Notes: generated by a model from the sequence alone, not told the origin. A stretch of 64,000 bases of DNA from Candidatus Altimarinota bacterium (GCA_039809385.1 JBDHUY010000001.1:134757-198756); one strand, 5' to 3'; counted from the first letter of the stretch, positions 24,246-35,117 are shown. Translations and numbers: made by a program.

Positions 24246-25484
24246 ATGGCTAATAAACTTGTCTCTCAAGCTCAAAAACTGCTCAACACGACCCAAAAGA
24301 CCCTGAGCGCGCTGCAGCAGAAACTCCCCAAAAAACACAACCATCAGGAACCGGCTAGTGACGAACATATGCTTTCTCCTGCGTCCGGGGATACGGACAA
24401 ACCTCGCACCGTAGTGGACGTGAGCGTCTCCAGTATTACCAAGGGTGCTTTTGCCATTGTGGGCATTTTACTGCTGATCTATTTTTTATATTCGGTTCAG
24501 AGCACGCTGGTACTGCTCTTCGTATCGCTGATCCTGGCCGCCGCACTGGATCCGGTCGTAGACGGTCTCGAGGCGCGCAGAATCCCCAGGGGTATCAGCG
24601 TGCTTATAATGTATATTGCTCTTTTAGTCATTCTGGGCACGGTAGTTTACTCGATCATTCCGATCATCGTCGATCAGCTGATTACCATGACCACCAATAT
24701 CAGCACCTTTATCAACAATATTTTATCCGAAAATACCAAGATTACCTTTAGCAAGGAACTTGAACCGGTCATTAACAGTCTCGTAAACAATATCGACAAA
24801 GAGCAGATTATCAGCGAGCTCCAAAAGATCCTTTCCACGATCAGCAGCCAGCTGGGCAATATCGCGGGCAATGTGTTGCTGGCGCTGGGAGCGATCTTTA
24901 ACGGTATTCTCAATGCGGTACTGGTATTGGTAGTAACGTATTTTATGGTTACGGACAAAGCCGCCCTTTACAATTTCGCCCATGCGCTCATCCCCGCCCG
25001 ACATGCACATTATTTTACGATCAAAACGCGCCAGATGCAGAAAAAAATCGGCGGATGGGTACGCGGCCAGGTATTGCTCTGTATCAGTATTGGCATATTT
25101 ACTTATATGGGTCTATACATTTTACAATTCTTTGGGATGGATATTCAGTATAAAGAGACACTAGCCGTTGTGGCCGGCGTAACCGAAATAATACCGTTTG
25201 TCGGCCCCCTTATCGGTATGATTCCAGCCCTCTTGATTGCATTGAATGTCTCGGGCTGGGCAGCATTATGGGTCATTGTATTGTATATTTTGATACAGAG
25301 TCTGGAAAACAATATCATGGTGCCGCTGATCATGAATAAAGAAGTCGGCCTGAATCCGATCGTTATCATCGTAGCGATGCTCATTGGCGCGCAGTTTTTT
25401 GGCATCCTGGGAATTATCTTGGCGATCCCGGTCTCGACGTCGATTTCGGTTTTGGTGGAGGACTATATTGAAAAAGATAAATAG
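24246..25484 (+). CDS. AI-2E (PerM/TqsA) family transporter
   Basis: ALDPVVD, GGWVRGQ, EIIPFVGP, QSLENNIMVPLIM...GLNP, GILGIILAIP. Confidence 0.92.
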   Translation: MANKLVSQAQKLLNTTQKTLSALQQKLPKKHNHQEPASDEHMLSPASGDTDKPRTVVDVSVSSITKGAFAIVGILLLIYFLYSVQSTLVLLFVSLILAAALDPVVDGLEARRIPRGISVLIMYIALLVILGTVVYSIIPIIVDQLITMTTNISTFINNILSENTKITFSKELEPVINSLVNNIDKEQIISELQKILSTISSQLGNIAGNVLLALGAIFNGILNAVLVLVVTYFMVTDKAALYNFAHALIPARHAHYFTIKTRQMQKKIGGWVRGQVLLCISIGIFTYMGLYILQFFGMDIQYKETLAVVAGVTEIIPFVGPLIGMIPALLIALNVSGWAALWVIVLYILIQSLENNIMVPLIMNKEVGLNPIVIIVAMLIGAQFFGILGIILAIPVSTSISVLVEDYIEKDK

Positions 25485-25576
25485 GTTTTTCCTTTCCTGA
25501 ACAAATGAGCGCCAATGTGGCAAGAAACTGACCACTTCTATTTGGTTTTACCTTGAGAGGGCGGCGCGTAGAGAGC

Positions 25577-25637
25577 CAAATCTCAATCCGCCGTGACGGA
25601 CAAATGACAAAAGAATGCCCAATATCAAAATCCAAAT
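25577..25637 (+). repeat. 61-bp intergenic repeat, copy 2
   Basis: CAAATCTCAATCCGCCGTGACGGACAAATGACAAAAGAATG...; matches reverse complement of 11823..11883. Confidence 0.8.
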
Positions 25638-25817
25638 AAATGATAGCAGAAAAAATCTATCCAGAAGAGCATGGCCTCCCGACCTGCTCTTCGCGTTTTA
25701 CAAAATCTACTTTGATATAACGTAGTTTCGATTCGAAATGGAATTGAGATTACCGTATTTTTTTTCAGAAAAGCCTGCAAAGATACTGTCCGGATAGCTT
25801 TGCCAAGAAAATGGTAT

Positions 25818-25847
25818 AAAAAAAGATCCGCCGCGGCGGATCTTTTT
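25818..25847 (-). terminator. Terminator after rpsU (potentially bidirectional)
   Basis: AAAAAAAGATCCGCC-gc-GGCGGATCTTTTT palindrome about 10 nt past the rpsU stop. Confidence 0.8.
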
Positions 25848-25857
25848 AAAGGAATTG

Positions 25858-26064
25858 CTATTCGATGAATTTCTGTTTCTTGCGTGCGGCTCGATATTGC
25901 TCCCGCATCAGCGCACGGTCCCGCATTTTGCTGCGGGTAGGTTCGCCTTTATGATAACGTTCTTTTTTAAGCACGTTGACAAAACGGGCCTCTTTAACGG
26001 CTTTTTTAAAGCGACGGTAAATATGGTCGTTATTTTCATTCGGATTTTTCTTGAGCTTGATCAT
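25858..26064 (-). CDS. rpsU: 30S ribosomal protein bS21
   Basis: ENNDHIYRRFKKAV...KKERYH...PTRSKMR; ATG 26064 follows a strong SD. Confidence 0.85.
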   Translation of the reverse strand: MIKLKKNPNENNDHIYRRFKKAVKEARFVNVLKKERYHKGEPTRSKMRDRALMREQYRAARKKQKFIE

Positions 26065-26067
26065 AGG

Positions 26068-26079
26068 CACCTCCTTTCT
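26068..26079 (-). promoter_or_regulatory. Extended Shine-Dalgarno of rpsU (AGAAAGGAGGTG)
   Basis: Plus strand reads CACCTCCTTTCT, a common bacterial 16S 3' tail sequence; 3 nt from the ATG. Confidence 0.85.
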
Positions 26080-26212
26080 TGTTCGTTATAGATAAGATAA
26101 TGACAGAAAACCTACAAAGTGGAAACGTTCCTAAGGATAGAAAAATCCATTTCTTAAGAATACTGCAAAATACTCCTGTGTATTATAAAAAAAACCTCTG
26201 GACAAAGTCAAC

Positions 26213-26710
26213 TTATTCGCTGATCGTAAAACGGGTATAACTGGGTTTGTATGTAACCAATTCTTCTTTTTTAAACCACACGCCAATCTCGGTTTCGGCT
26301 TCTTCCGGAGAACCGGAGGCATGAATCAGATTGAAAATACCGATATTCTTTTCGTCGGCGTGTTGAAAAGAAACGTGGGCATAATCGCCGCGGATCGTAC
26401 CCGGAGCCGCCGTTTTTGGCTCGGTAGCTCCAACCATTTTTCGAGCAACTTCAACCATATCGACACCTTCCAGAGCGATAGCAACAATCGGTCCGGAAGT
26501 AATCATGGAGATCATCATTTCACGAACCTTTTCCCCACGTCTTTTAGCCAAATCGTCAGTATAATGCTGCATAGCAGTATCTTTCTCGGATACCAGAAGC
26601 TTCAATCCTACTATTTTAGCTCCGACTCGTTCAAAGCGAGTCAAGATCTCTCCGACAATACCACGTTCCAAAGCATCGGGTTTCAGAAGAATAAGCGAGC
26701 GCTGTACCAT
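26213..26710 (-). CDS. ndk: Nucleoside-diphosphate kinase
   Basis: QRSLILLKPDA, SGPIVA, GATEP..AAPGTIRGD, NLIHAS. Confidence 0.97.
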   Translation of the reverse strand: MVQRSLILLKPDALERGIVGEILTRFERVGAKIVGLKLLVSEKDTAMQHYTDDLAKRRGEKVREMMISMITSGPIVAIALEGVDMVEVARKMVGATEPKTAAPGTIRGDYAHVSFQHADEKNIGIFNLIHASGSPEEAETEIGVWFKKEELVTYKPSYTRFTISE

Positions 26711-26739
26711 ACAAAAAAGAAATTAAAAAAAATAAAAAA

Positions 26740-27996
26740 TTACATAAGGGATTCGAACCGGGCGGGAGTATCGAACGGACCGATGACCGACAGATACATC
26801 GGACGACCGAAGAGATCTTTGGAAACACGGGATAGGTCGTCCAAGGTCACCAGGTCAATATTCTTGGTAATATCTTGCGGGTCTTTCACTTCGTTGCGCA
26901 ACAGTTTTTGACGACCGTAAAAGTGGGCCACTGTTTCGGTATCTTCAAATGACAGCATCATCTTGCCTTTGATAAATTCCTTCGCCTTGGTCAGTTCTTT
27001 CTCCGTCACCGGTTCGTTCGCTAACAAACGGTATTCATCCTGAATCAGCCGGACCACGTCGTCGATATCTTTCAGACTGACCCCGGCCCGGGTATAAAAC
27101 ACCCCGGTCTCCTTATAATCGCTAAACGAACTTTGTACATAATAAGCCAAACCGCGGTCTTCGCGAATCTTCTGAAACATGCGGGAACTCATGTTACCCC
27201 CCAGAATGGTCGCAATGACTTCCTGGACATAGCGATCGGGGTGAAAATAGTCTAGTCCTTCCACTCCCAACACCAAATGGGCCTGCTCGGTCTTTTTATT
27301 GGTAACCGAAACCCGGCTGGTAGGTGTATGGGGTTTATACGCATCGAACTCTTTATTTTTTTCGATCAGCGAAAACTCGAAATAACGTTCGATCATGGCC
27401 CGGGCTTCCTGTTCGTCGAAATTGCCGGCCAGCGTAATGACCGTATTCTTGGCACCGTACAGCATATTTTTATACGACTGGAAATCCTTCTGCTGAATGC
27501 TCATAATACACTCCTTTGTGCCGACTTCGTCCCATCCCAGCGGCTGATCGCCAAAAATCAAGCGCTCGAAATCCCACTGCACCTGGTACATCGGCGTATC
27601 CTGGTACATATTGTATTCCTCCATAATTACTCCGCGTTCTTTATCGATCTCGGCCGGATCGAAGGTGGGATTGATCAACATGTCGGAGAGAATATCGAGC
27701 GATTTGTCCAGATGCTTGGCTGCGATTTTAATATAGTAGCCGGCATACTCCTTGCCGGTAAAAGCATTCATCTCGGCACCGAGTTCGTCCACGGCGCTCG
27801 AAACGTCATGCGAGGTAGGGTATCGTTGCGCCCCTTTAAAAAACATGTGTTCCAAATAATGCGAAATCCCGTTGATCTTAGGAGTTTCATAGCGGCTGCC
27901 GGCTCCCACCAGGATCAGGGCAGTGACCGACTGCGTGCTTTTCATCGGAACGGTAATAAGCGTCAGACCGGAAGGATATACATGTGTTGAAAACAT
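26740..27996 (-). CDS. M16 (pitrilysin) family zinc peptidase
   Basis: GSRYE...GISHYLEHMFFKG (HxxEH), NAFT, LGGNMSSRMFQKIREDRGLAY. Probable start MFSTHVYPSG. Confidence 0.93.
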   Translation of the reverse strand: MFSTHVYPSGLTLITVPMKSTQSVTALILVGAGSRYETPKINGISHYLEHMFFKGAQRYPTSHDVSSAVDELGAEMNAFTGKEYAGYYIKIAAKHLDKSLDILSDMLINPTFDPAEIDKERGVIMEEYNMYQDTPMYQVQWDFERLIFGDQPLGWDEVGTKECIMSIQQKDFQSYKNMLYGAKNTVITLAGNFDEQEARAMIERYFEFSLIEKNKEFDAYKPHTPTSRVSVTNKKTEQAHLVLGVEGLDYFHPDRYVQEVIATILGGNMSSRMFQKIREDRGLAYYVQSSFSDYKETGVFYTRAGVSLKDIDDVVRLIQDEYRLLANEPVTEKELTKAKEFIKGKMMLSFEDTETVAHFYGRQKLLRNEVKDPQDITKNIDLVTLDDLSRVSKDLFGRPMYLSVIGPFDTPARFESLM

Positions 27997-28320
27997 AAGC
28001 AGAAAAACTAAGAACAAAATAAAGATTTTTTCAGCCACAGTACTTTACAGAAAAACGATCAAAAAAGCAAAAGTCGAACGAGAGAATGAAACACAAACAC
28101 TGCCAAACATTACAGATCATAGCATTTTGGTATGTATATCTTTTTATACATTGGAACAAAGAGTACATGAAAAAAGAATCAGGCCGGACGATACAGTCAG
28201 TTCAATACGGACATCTTACGCTGAGCCACAAACAGAGAAATGATTTGAAAGAAATTGCACGAAAAAAGAAGCCCCGCTATAGTAAGACTAGTTATTTTTT
28301 ATTCTCTATTCTTAAATGGC

Positions 28321-28857
28321 ATGGACAATCCTGCTCTCCTCAAACGCCCCTGGCAAGCTACGTTTCTGGCCGTCATAAATATCATAGGAGCGGTCTTGAC
28401 CAGTCTGGTCGGCTTAATATTGCTTTTTTTACAACAGGCATTACCCGGAATGCTGAAAGTACTGGGTGTAAGCGGCGAGTTATTGCAGGAAGAAGTTAAA
28501 AAACAAGCAGCGCAAAACGGTACGGTAGCGCAAACCGTCGACCCGGAACAAATACATAAACTGACCGAAGGACTCAGCAGCATTGTTGGAGGAGTAGGCA
28601 TGTTTTTGGGAATAATCGTATTGGGAATCGCCATATTGCTCATATTTATGTCTCGCGGAGCTTTGAAAGGACAGAAATGGTCACCAATCATGTCAACAAT
28701 TTTCAGCGCAATAGCCTTATTAGGTGCTCTGAGTTCTTTGACACAAGCAGGAAATGCGGTCCCGGTAGTGATACAGGGCTTTATATTGTATTGTGCAATT
28801 GTATGCATTACCAATCCGTTCTTTCAGAAAGTTAACCATGAACGGGGACACAACTAG
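28321..28857 (+). CDS. Hypothetical membrane protein (about 4 TM)
   Basis: Hydrophobic segments, KRP N-terminal motif; probable start ATG 28321. Confidence 0.6.
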   Translation: MDNPALLKRPWQATFLAVINIIGAVLTSLVGLILLFLQQALPGMLKVLGVSGELLQEEVKKQAAQNGTVAQTVDPEQIHKLTEGLSSIVGGVGMFLGIIVLGIAILLIFMSRGALKGQKWSPIMSTIFSAIALLGALSSLTQAGNAVPVVIQGFILYCAIVCITNPFFQKVNHERGHN

Positions 28858-29002
28858 AAATACCTAAAAAAGAAATTGATGCACGACAATCGGTCGAAGA
28901 AAAAAACATACGCGATTTTGCTTTGCCTCTGACAAAATACAAAGGTATAATACAAGGCAAGCTGTTTCTATTTTGCGAAACTTTACCCCCCATCTAAAGA
29001 AC

Positions 29003-30328
29003 ATGGAAAAAATTCAATCGGTTCAAGGTATGCACGACTGGTTCGGCGACGATCAGGATTTTTTCACGTTTATCAAGAAAGTAGTACGTCATCGCTGCCG
29101 GCAGAACGGCATTCGCCGTATTACGACGCCGTCATTGGAATATACCGAAGTTTTTCAAAAAGGCATCGGAAACGATACCGACATTGTCGAGAAAGAAATG
29201 TATACGTTTACCGACCAGGGCGATAAATCCCTGACGCTGCGCCCTGAATGTACCGCCGGCATCGCGCGTGCCTATATAGAGCACGGCATGTTCAACTGGC
29301 CCCAACCGGTCGAGTTCTATGCGATCGACTCGATGTTCCGCCGCGAGCGTCCCCAAAAAGGGCGCTATCGCCAATTCTTCCAATTCGACGTCGAGAGCAT
29401 TGGCGAACTCGATCCGGCCATCGACGCAGAATTGATCCAGCTGGCTTATATTATCTGCTGCGACTTGGGCTTGGGAAAAGAGATCGACGTGACCATTAAT
29501 TCGATTGGCTGCCATGTTTGCCGCCCCAAATATATCGAAGCTCTGCGCAATTTTTATGCCGGGAAAGAACGCAGTTTGTGCGAGTCCTGTAAGAATCGGC
29601 TGGAAAAAAATCCTTTGCGTCTGCTCGATTGTAAGGAAGAAGACTGTCTGATATTGTCCGAACTCGCGCCCAAAATCGGCGATTATCTCTGTAAGGAATG
29701 CAAAACTTTTCATACCGATCTCAAGAAATACCTCGATATACTGGAAATACCCTATGTGGAGTCTTTCAAACTGGTACGAGGGTTAGACTACTATACCAAG
29801 ACGGTTTTTGAGATAATGCTTAAAAACACTGCCAAAGCCCAGGGAAGCCTGGGAGGAGGCGGACGCTATGACAAACTGATCGAACTTTATGGAGGCCCTC
29901 CCACGCCGGCCTCGGGCTTCGCGCTGGGCATCGAACGGCTTATTCTGGCAATGAAGGATATGGGCTGGAAAGTACCGACGAAAGATAAAATCCATGTCTT
30001 TATCATCCAGTTGGGAGACGAAGCAAAACTCAAGTCGATGAAATTGATGCGGGAAATGCGTATGCGCGGCATCAAAGCGCGAGCCTCTTTCGGCAAAGAC
30101 AGCATTAAATCGCAACTGCGTCTGGCAGACAAATTCGACGCTCCTCTCGCCCTGATTCTGGGACAGCTCGAAGTCAAGCAAAAAACGATCATCATACGCG
30201 ACATGCTCAAAGGAACCCAGCGTATCATTAAATTTGAAAATGCTATCGACGAGATTGTCGAAGCCGTGGGTCAGGATGCGCTCGATACCTTCAACTTCGA
30301 ATCCGAACTGATTCCGATCGACGATTAA
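29003..30328 (+). CDS. hisS: Histidine--tRNA ligase
   Basis: DIVEKEMYTF, LRPECTA, FRRERPQKGRYRQF, LVRGLDYYT, GGGGRYD, GFALGIERL. Confidence 0.97.
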   Translation: MEKIQSVQGMHDWFGDDQDFFTFIKKVVRHRCRQNGIRRITTPSLEYTEVFQKGIGNDTDIVEKEMYTFTDQGDKSLTLRPECTAGIARAYIEHGMFNWPQPVEFYAIDSMFRRERPQKGRYRQFFQFDVESIGELDPAIDAELIQLAYIICCDLGLGKEIDVTINSIGCHVCRPKYIEALRNFYAGKERSLCESCKNRLEKNPLRLLDCKEEDCLILSELAPKIGDYLCKECKTFHTDLKKYLDILEIPYVESFKLVRGLDYYTKTVFEIMLKNTAKAQGSLGGGGRYDKLIELYGGPPTPASGFALGIERLILAMKDMGWKVPTKDKIHVFIIQLGDEAKLKSMKLMREMRMRGIKARASFGKDSIKSQLRLADKFDAPLALILGQLEVKQKTIIIRDMLKGTQRIIKFENAIDEIVEAVGQDALDTFNFESELIPIDD

Positions 30329-30408
30329 AAACGAACCTTCATGATTCCTAAAAAGACGCTGTCGCTTGAAAACGATAGTCGTTTGTTGAATAGATAAAAA
30401 CTGATCGT

Positions 30409-30981
30409 TTAGGCTTCCTCAATGCGATCGAACATAAAATAGCGCAGTCGGGGGAACGGAATGCCGTACTGCTTCTCGATCATAAAATGTACGGCTTCAA
30501 AAATGGCGTCATTCCAGGAAAGACCAAGCTGACCGGCAGCGTCGCGCACCAGTTGTTCAGACGGTCCTTCGATTTCAATATAGGGAGGCACCGAAGGCCA
30601 CGTATCTATATCCAAAGTTACCTCGCCGAGATGGAACGTATGTCGTTTCTTTTCCTGTTGGCGGTACAAGATCAAGCCAGCCTCGAGTAAAAGCAGTTTA
30701 GCCTTTTCCATATCATTGATCTCGAGTTCGATCTCTTTTGTACCGTCGACCATTTCGATCTTCGAATTTTTAAACGTCATGGTAACCTTCTTACTGGTTT
30801 TACGTAAACGGATACACTTTCTTTCCTCAAACTGCCATTTGCCGTCTTTATCGTAGAAAATAATCTCCTGCAAGTGTTCCTCTCCCTGATCGACTGCTCC
30901 CAATTGGAGCAGTTTTCGGATGATTTCAGCTTTATCTATATTGATAAACCTCGCCTCGATTTCGATGTTGGAAGAAGCCAT
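30409..30981 (-). CDS. CYTH-domain protein (class IV adenylate cyclase-like)
   Basis: IEIEAR, IRLRK, TFK, EIE, EKKR, YIEIEG. Confidence 0.85.
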   Translation of the reverse strand: MASSNIEIEARFINIDKAEIIRKLLQLGAVDQGEEHLQEIIFYDKDGKWQFEERKCIRLRKTSKKVTMTFKNSKIEMVDGTKEIELEINDMEKAKLLLLEAGLILYRQQEKKRHTFHLGEVTLDIDTWPSVPPYIEIEGPSEQLVRDAAGQLGLSWNDAIFEAVHFMIEKQYGIPFPRLRYFMFDRIEEA

Positions 30982-31015
30982 AGATAAAAAAAGAATAGGG
31001 ATAGAAAAGATCTTT

Positions 31016-31234
31016 TCAGGCTGTTTTCCGTTCTAGCCGGGTAATTCGGTGTTCATGGTCGGACACAACCACTTCGATCGGCGGCAATCGGTCCAACTTG
31101 TGATTGATTTGCACAATTTCTTGTTCAATGCGGGTAACCCCTTCGCCTAAGGATAAAACCGCATCGGCCAGAAGGACGAGTTTCTCATGGATTTCTTTAA
31201 ACAGAACCTCAAATCGTTCTTTTTCGGTAGTCAT
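31016..31234 (-). CDS. Small coiled-coil hypothetical protein
   Basis: 72-aa ATG ORF with heptad pattern ending DHEHRITRLE. Confidence 0.6.
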   Translation of the reverse strand: MTTEKERFEVLFKEIHEKLVLLADAVLSLGEGVTRIEQEIVQINHKLDRLPPIEVVVSDHEHRITRLERKTA

Positions 31235-31464
31235 TGATCAATATATTTATAAAGATTATGAAATAAGCATACAGGGGTCTTTGTTAAAAACAAGTCCGAA
31301 ACCTAAAGTTTTTTTAAATTCCGGAAAAAATTGCCTTCTTCTATTTTGATTATAGGCCCAAAAGGCCCTTAGCTGCATGAGAAAAAGGAGTCGAATACCT
31401 TAGATTCGTATCGATTGAGAAGAAGTAGATAAAAATATTTGTTTATCTTTGTTCGAACTTTCTT

Positions 31465-33030
31465 TCACTCAAGAGTCTTTTTCCTGTGGAAAAATTTATG
31501 GATGAAAAGGTCGGCTTCCCGAATCCCCAGCCATTTGGTAAACGCAAAGAACAAGATCATACCTATGAAAGAAGTCCCCAACAGATCCAGAATAATAAAA
31601 ACTTTTCCCTCGCCTACGCTAGACAGAAGAGTATGAACGCCCCAACAACCGCTCCCCATTATACATGTAGCCAGAATGCAGTTCCCTAAAAAAGAAAGCA
31701 AGCTATCTCCGGCTTGTTTTTGTATAAATTTATTATTCATAAAATACAGCAACAAGACAGTATTCACCACCTGAGCGATAGAAAAGGACAAAGCCAGACC
31801 GACGAGACCCAGATGGAGCGTCCAAACAAAGAAGAGGCTCAGAACGGTATTGATCAGAACCGTTATGATCGTAATAAGCACCGGAGTACGCGTATCCTGA
31901 TAGGCATAAAATACCCGGGTCAACAAAGGAACCAGCGCCTGGAATATCAGACTCCCGGCAAATACACCCAGAACATTGGCGGTCAGGTTTAAATTTTCGG
32001 CCACGCTGGAAAATTTTCCGTAATTAAACACAAGATCCACCAGACTATACCTCAGCAGAAAAAAACCGAATGTCATCGGTAACATTATAAAAATAATGAC
32101 GCGCATATTGTTCATCAGCGCTTGGTAAACGCCGCTCCGATTATCTTCGGCGGCATGGTCGGACAATACTGTAAACGCCGTGATCGAAATCGAGATACCT
32201 ACCAGTCCGATCGGGACATACTGGATATTCTGCGACCAGTTGAAAATGGTCAGACTCCCGGCAGCTAAGGTACCGGCGATAACAGTATCCACAAGCAGGC
32301 TAATCTGGGAAGCGCTCACGCCGACGATACGCGGTACTATAAGCCGGCTCATCTCGCGGATGGACCGATCTTTAAGCGAAAATGTCCAGACATAGCGATG
32401 TTTACTCGCCATGAGCGGAAACAGTTGTACTGCCGCGTGGCACAGTGCGCCAATTACCACCCCCCAGGCCACACCGTATACCCCCCACAGCGGTACCAGA
32501 AAGACAATACCCAGAATAATCGAAATATTGTACAGGAGCGGCGACCAGATATAGCCGGTAAAATTTTTATACACCGAGAGATAGCTGCTCAGAATGCTGC
32601 TAATACCAAAGAAAAGTGGTGAAAGCAACATGATGCGTATGAGGTTACCAGTTAATTCCTTTTGAGATGCCGGCAACCCCAGCGTCAGACCGTCGAGATA
32701 GAGCGGCAAGGCAAGATACAAAAGTACCGAGCCAATTGCCAAAAATACAAAAGCAACCGACAAGAAATTATTCAGAATACGATGTACTTGATCAGGATCT
32801 TTTTTGAGAAAGCGAGCGAATATCGGCACAAAGACGGCCGCCCCGACGCTCATGATAACCAGATTGAACAGAAAATCGGGAATGCGGAAAGCCGCATAAT
32901 ACGCGTCCAGAGGATTGCTCCCCCCTAGACCGCCGAACTGGCTCGCCAGAAGGTTTTCGCGCATCACTCCCAGTAGCCGGCTGAGAAAAGAGGCCAGAGC
33001 AATAAAGAAAGTAGAACGAACAAGTTGCAT
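31465..33030 (-). CDS. murJ: Lipid II flippase MurJ/MviN
   Basis: SRLLGVMRE...FG...DAYYAAFRIPD, SPLLYN, FYAYQDTRTP. Confidence 0.95.
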   Translation of the reverse strand: MQLVRSTFFIALASFLSRLLGVMRENLLASQFGGLGGSNPLDAYYAAFRIPDFLFNLVIMSVGAAVFVPIFARFLKKDPDQVHRILNNFLSVAFVFLAIGSVLLYLALPLYLDGLTLGLPASQKELTGNLIRIMLLSPLFFGISSILSSYLSVYKNFTGYIWSPLLYNISIILGIVFLVPLWGVYGVAWGVVIGALCHAAVQLFPLMASKHRYVWTFSLKDRSIREMSRLIVPRIVGVSASQISLLVDTVIAGTLAAGSLTIFNWSQNIQYVPIGLVGISISITAFTVLSDHAAEDNRSGVYQALMNNMRVIIFIMLPMTFGFFLLRYSLVDLVFNYGKFSSVAENLNLTANVLGVFAGSLIFQALVPLLTRVFYAYQDTRTPVLITIITVLINTVLSLFFVWTLHLGLVGLALSFSIAQVVNTVLLLYFMNNKFIQKQAGDSLLSFLGNCILATCIMGSGCWGVHTLLSSVGEGKVFIILDLLGTSFIGMILFFAFTKWLGIREADLFIHKFFHRKKTLE

Positions 33031-33227
33031 ACAGGGAAATCAAAGCTACAATAGGCACTGTAAGCGTGAAAAGCAGGTTTGTCAAAAAGTATCCGCTCAT
33101 TTGCGAGACCGGAAATAAGAAATACTACGAATCTTGAAACAATAGGGAACTTCCATCCGTTTAGAATAATGAATAGGTCCTTTATAAGAAGCAAATTTTA
33201 TCTCTTTGGTTTGACGAGACAAAGATC

Positions 33228-34985
33228 ATGAAGCTTTCAGAACTGATCCGCGCAACTTCGAAAAAAGTGAGTCCTTCTCACTATTTTAGGGTACATTCAA
33301 AAGAACACTTGCTCCAAACGATCCAGGCCGGCTCGAGGAGAAAAGACTTATTTTTTCTGATGCAGAAATTAATAGCCACAAGTCTGGGATTGATTCTGTT
33401 TTTCGGACTGGTGATACGATTGGTACCGCCGCAGGCGGTCAAGGCGTATGTGGCCGAAGCCAAAGTCTTGGAAGGATCTCTAATTTTGGAAAAAGCGGGA
33501 CTCGAACCTTTTACAATTACATCAAATACCGGAATTACGGTCGGAGATAAGCTGACCGTACCTAAAAATTCTAAAGTGCAGGTCGACTTTATCGACACGA
33601 GCAGTACGATTTTGGCAGCTGAAACGGTTGTTACGGTCGATGCTTTTTTGGTCAACCCGCAGGATGTGAAAAAAAGCTATGTTTCATTGCGGATCGACGA
33701 AGGAAATCTGACCGGCAGCGTGGAAAAAGCCGATTCGGAAGCTTCGCAGGTAAAAATTCAAACCCCCAGCGGCATCATCGAAGCCAGTTCCTCGGACTTT
33801 ACGATCAATGTCAACAAAAAAGGGGAAACCGACGTAACCGTCTTGAAAAATGCCTTAACCGTAAAAGCGATCGATACGAAGACCCAGCAGCCGACCAAAC
33901 AGATCCTGGCGCAAGCCCAACCGGTCGCCGGTTATTCGGTCAAAATCGCCAAAGAGCCGGGCAACAGCCCGACGGCTTTTACGATCACCCCGCAAACTAA
34001 CGATACGAAAGAGAACCAGCCGGAGAGCGACAAACCGGAAACCGGATCCGACAACAATGGAGGCGTGATTGCCGCCACACTCCAGGATAATACCAACGGA
34101 TCGGCCAATCAGAACTCCAACGAAGCAGCTGCGGCCATACCCCAGGATCTGGATCCGGAAGTATACAAAACGATTACCGGCCATTTGGAGATCGCTTCGG
34201 TGAAGCTCAACCAGGCCATCCGGTTCCTCAATGAGAGGGACACCGATCAAGCTCTGGCGGCGTTGAAAGATTATAATCTCAAAATAGTGACGGTGTATAA
34301 CCTCCTGACCGGGGAGAGCCGGCCGACCGATACAAACAAAAAAGAACTGAGTACGATTTTGATCGATACCATTACGGGAGAAGCCCTGACGCAGGCCGAC
34401 AAGCGAATCACAGACGACCGGCAACGGGCCATGATCGCGCTCATCAAAAATCTCTATATTATCGAACAAAGCGTAAAAGAAAAGATCGTGGTAGATTCGG
34501 TTTCGATCGTGAGTTCTCCGGACAACGAGAATGGGAGCGATATTCTCGTCTCGCCCGGCAACGATAATAACAATGCGGTACCGGCCGATACGAACGAGAA
34601 TGTGAACGCCCCTGACGGCAACGAAAATACGAATGCGGTTTCAACGTCGGAAACGCCCAAAACAGGCGTAAAATCGGATCCTTTTACCCTGCCGGCCACC
34701 TACCGCTTCGAGGTTTCCCAAATCGTCGAACTGGCTCAACTGCAAAGTAATCTGACCGAAGAAAAGCGGACAGAATTGGAGGGAGTCATCAGTAATTCGG
34801 TTTACCGCCTGAGCGTTTATCTGGGGGAAATCGAAGACTGGAAAACCCAACAAACGGCGACCAAAGCCATCCTTTCCGAAATGCCGAATAACCTGGTCCT
34901 CGGAACGACTCTGGAAAAAATGCGCAGCCTCTTCCCCGACCGAGTTTCGCATCTGGTCACGGCCAAAATACGCGGATTGAAATAG
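33228..34985 (+). CDS. FecR-domain membrane-anchored protein
   Basis: One N-terminal TM, then GDKL.V...V.F.D.S...L...G....IQTPSG FecR-like pattern; Asn/Asp-rich linkers. Confidence 0.7.
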   Translation: MKLSELIRATSKKVSPSHYFRVHSKEHLLQTIQAGSRRKDLFFLMQKLIATSLGLILFFGLVIRLVPPQAVKAYVAEAKVLEGSLILEKAGLEPFTITSNTGITVGDKLTVPKNSKVQVDFIDTSSTILAAETVVTVDAFLVNPQDVKKSYVSLRIDEGNLTGSVEKADSEASQVKIQTPSGIIEASSSDFTINVNKKGETDVTVLKNALTVKAIDTKTQQPTKQILAQAQPVAGYSVKIAKEPGNSPTAFTITPQTNDTKENQPESDKPETGSDNNGGVIAATLQDNTNGSANQNSNEAAAAIPQDLDPEVYKTITGHLEIASVKLNQAIRFLNERDTDQALAALKDYNLKIVTVYNLLTGESRPTDTNKKELSTILIDTITGEALTQADKRITDDRQRAMIALIKNLYIIEQSVKEKIVVDSVSIVSSPDNENGSDILVSPGNDNNNAVPADTNENVNAPDGNENTNAVSTSETPKTGVKSDPFTLPATYRFEVSQIVELAQLQSNLTEEKRTELEGVISNSVYRLSVYLGEIEDWKTQQTATKAILSEMPNNLVLGTTLEKMRSLFPDRVSHLVTAKIRGLK

Positions 34986-35117
34986 GCTCATACTCCTTCG
35001 CTTTCAATCCGATGATACTACGAAGTATTTTATGGTAATTGCTCTATAGCAAGCTTATTCAAGCTCCATAGTAATAATATCAGATCTTGAAGTCATGGAC
35101 TTTTTCATCAGAATGAT

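Noticed and set aside
28858-29002. His leader peptide or T-box upstream of hisS
   Set aside because: No His-codon run, T-box motif or terminator; only a TTGACA-like/TATAAT promoter.
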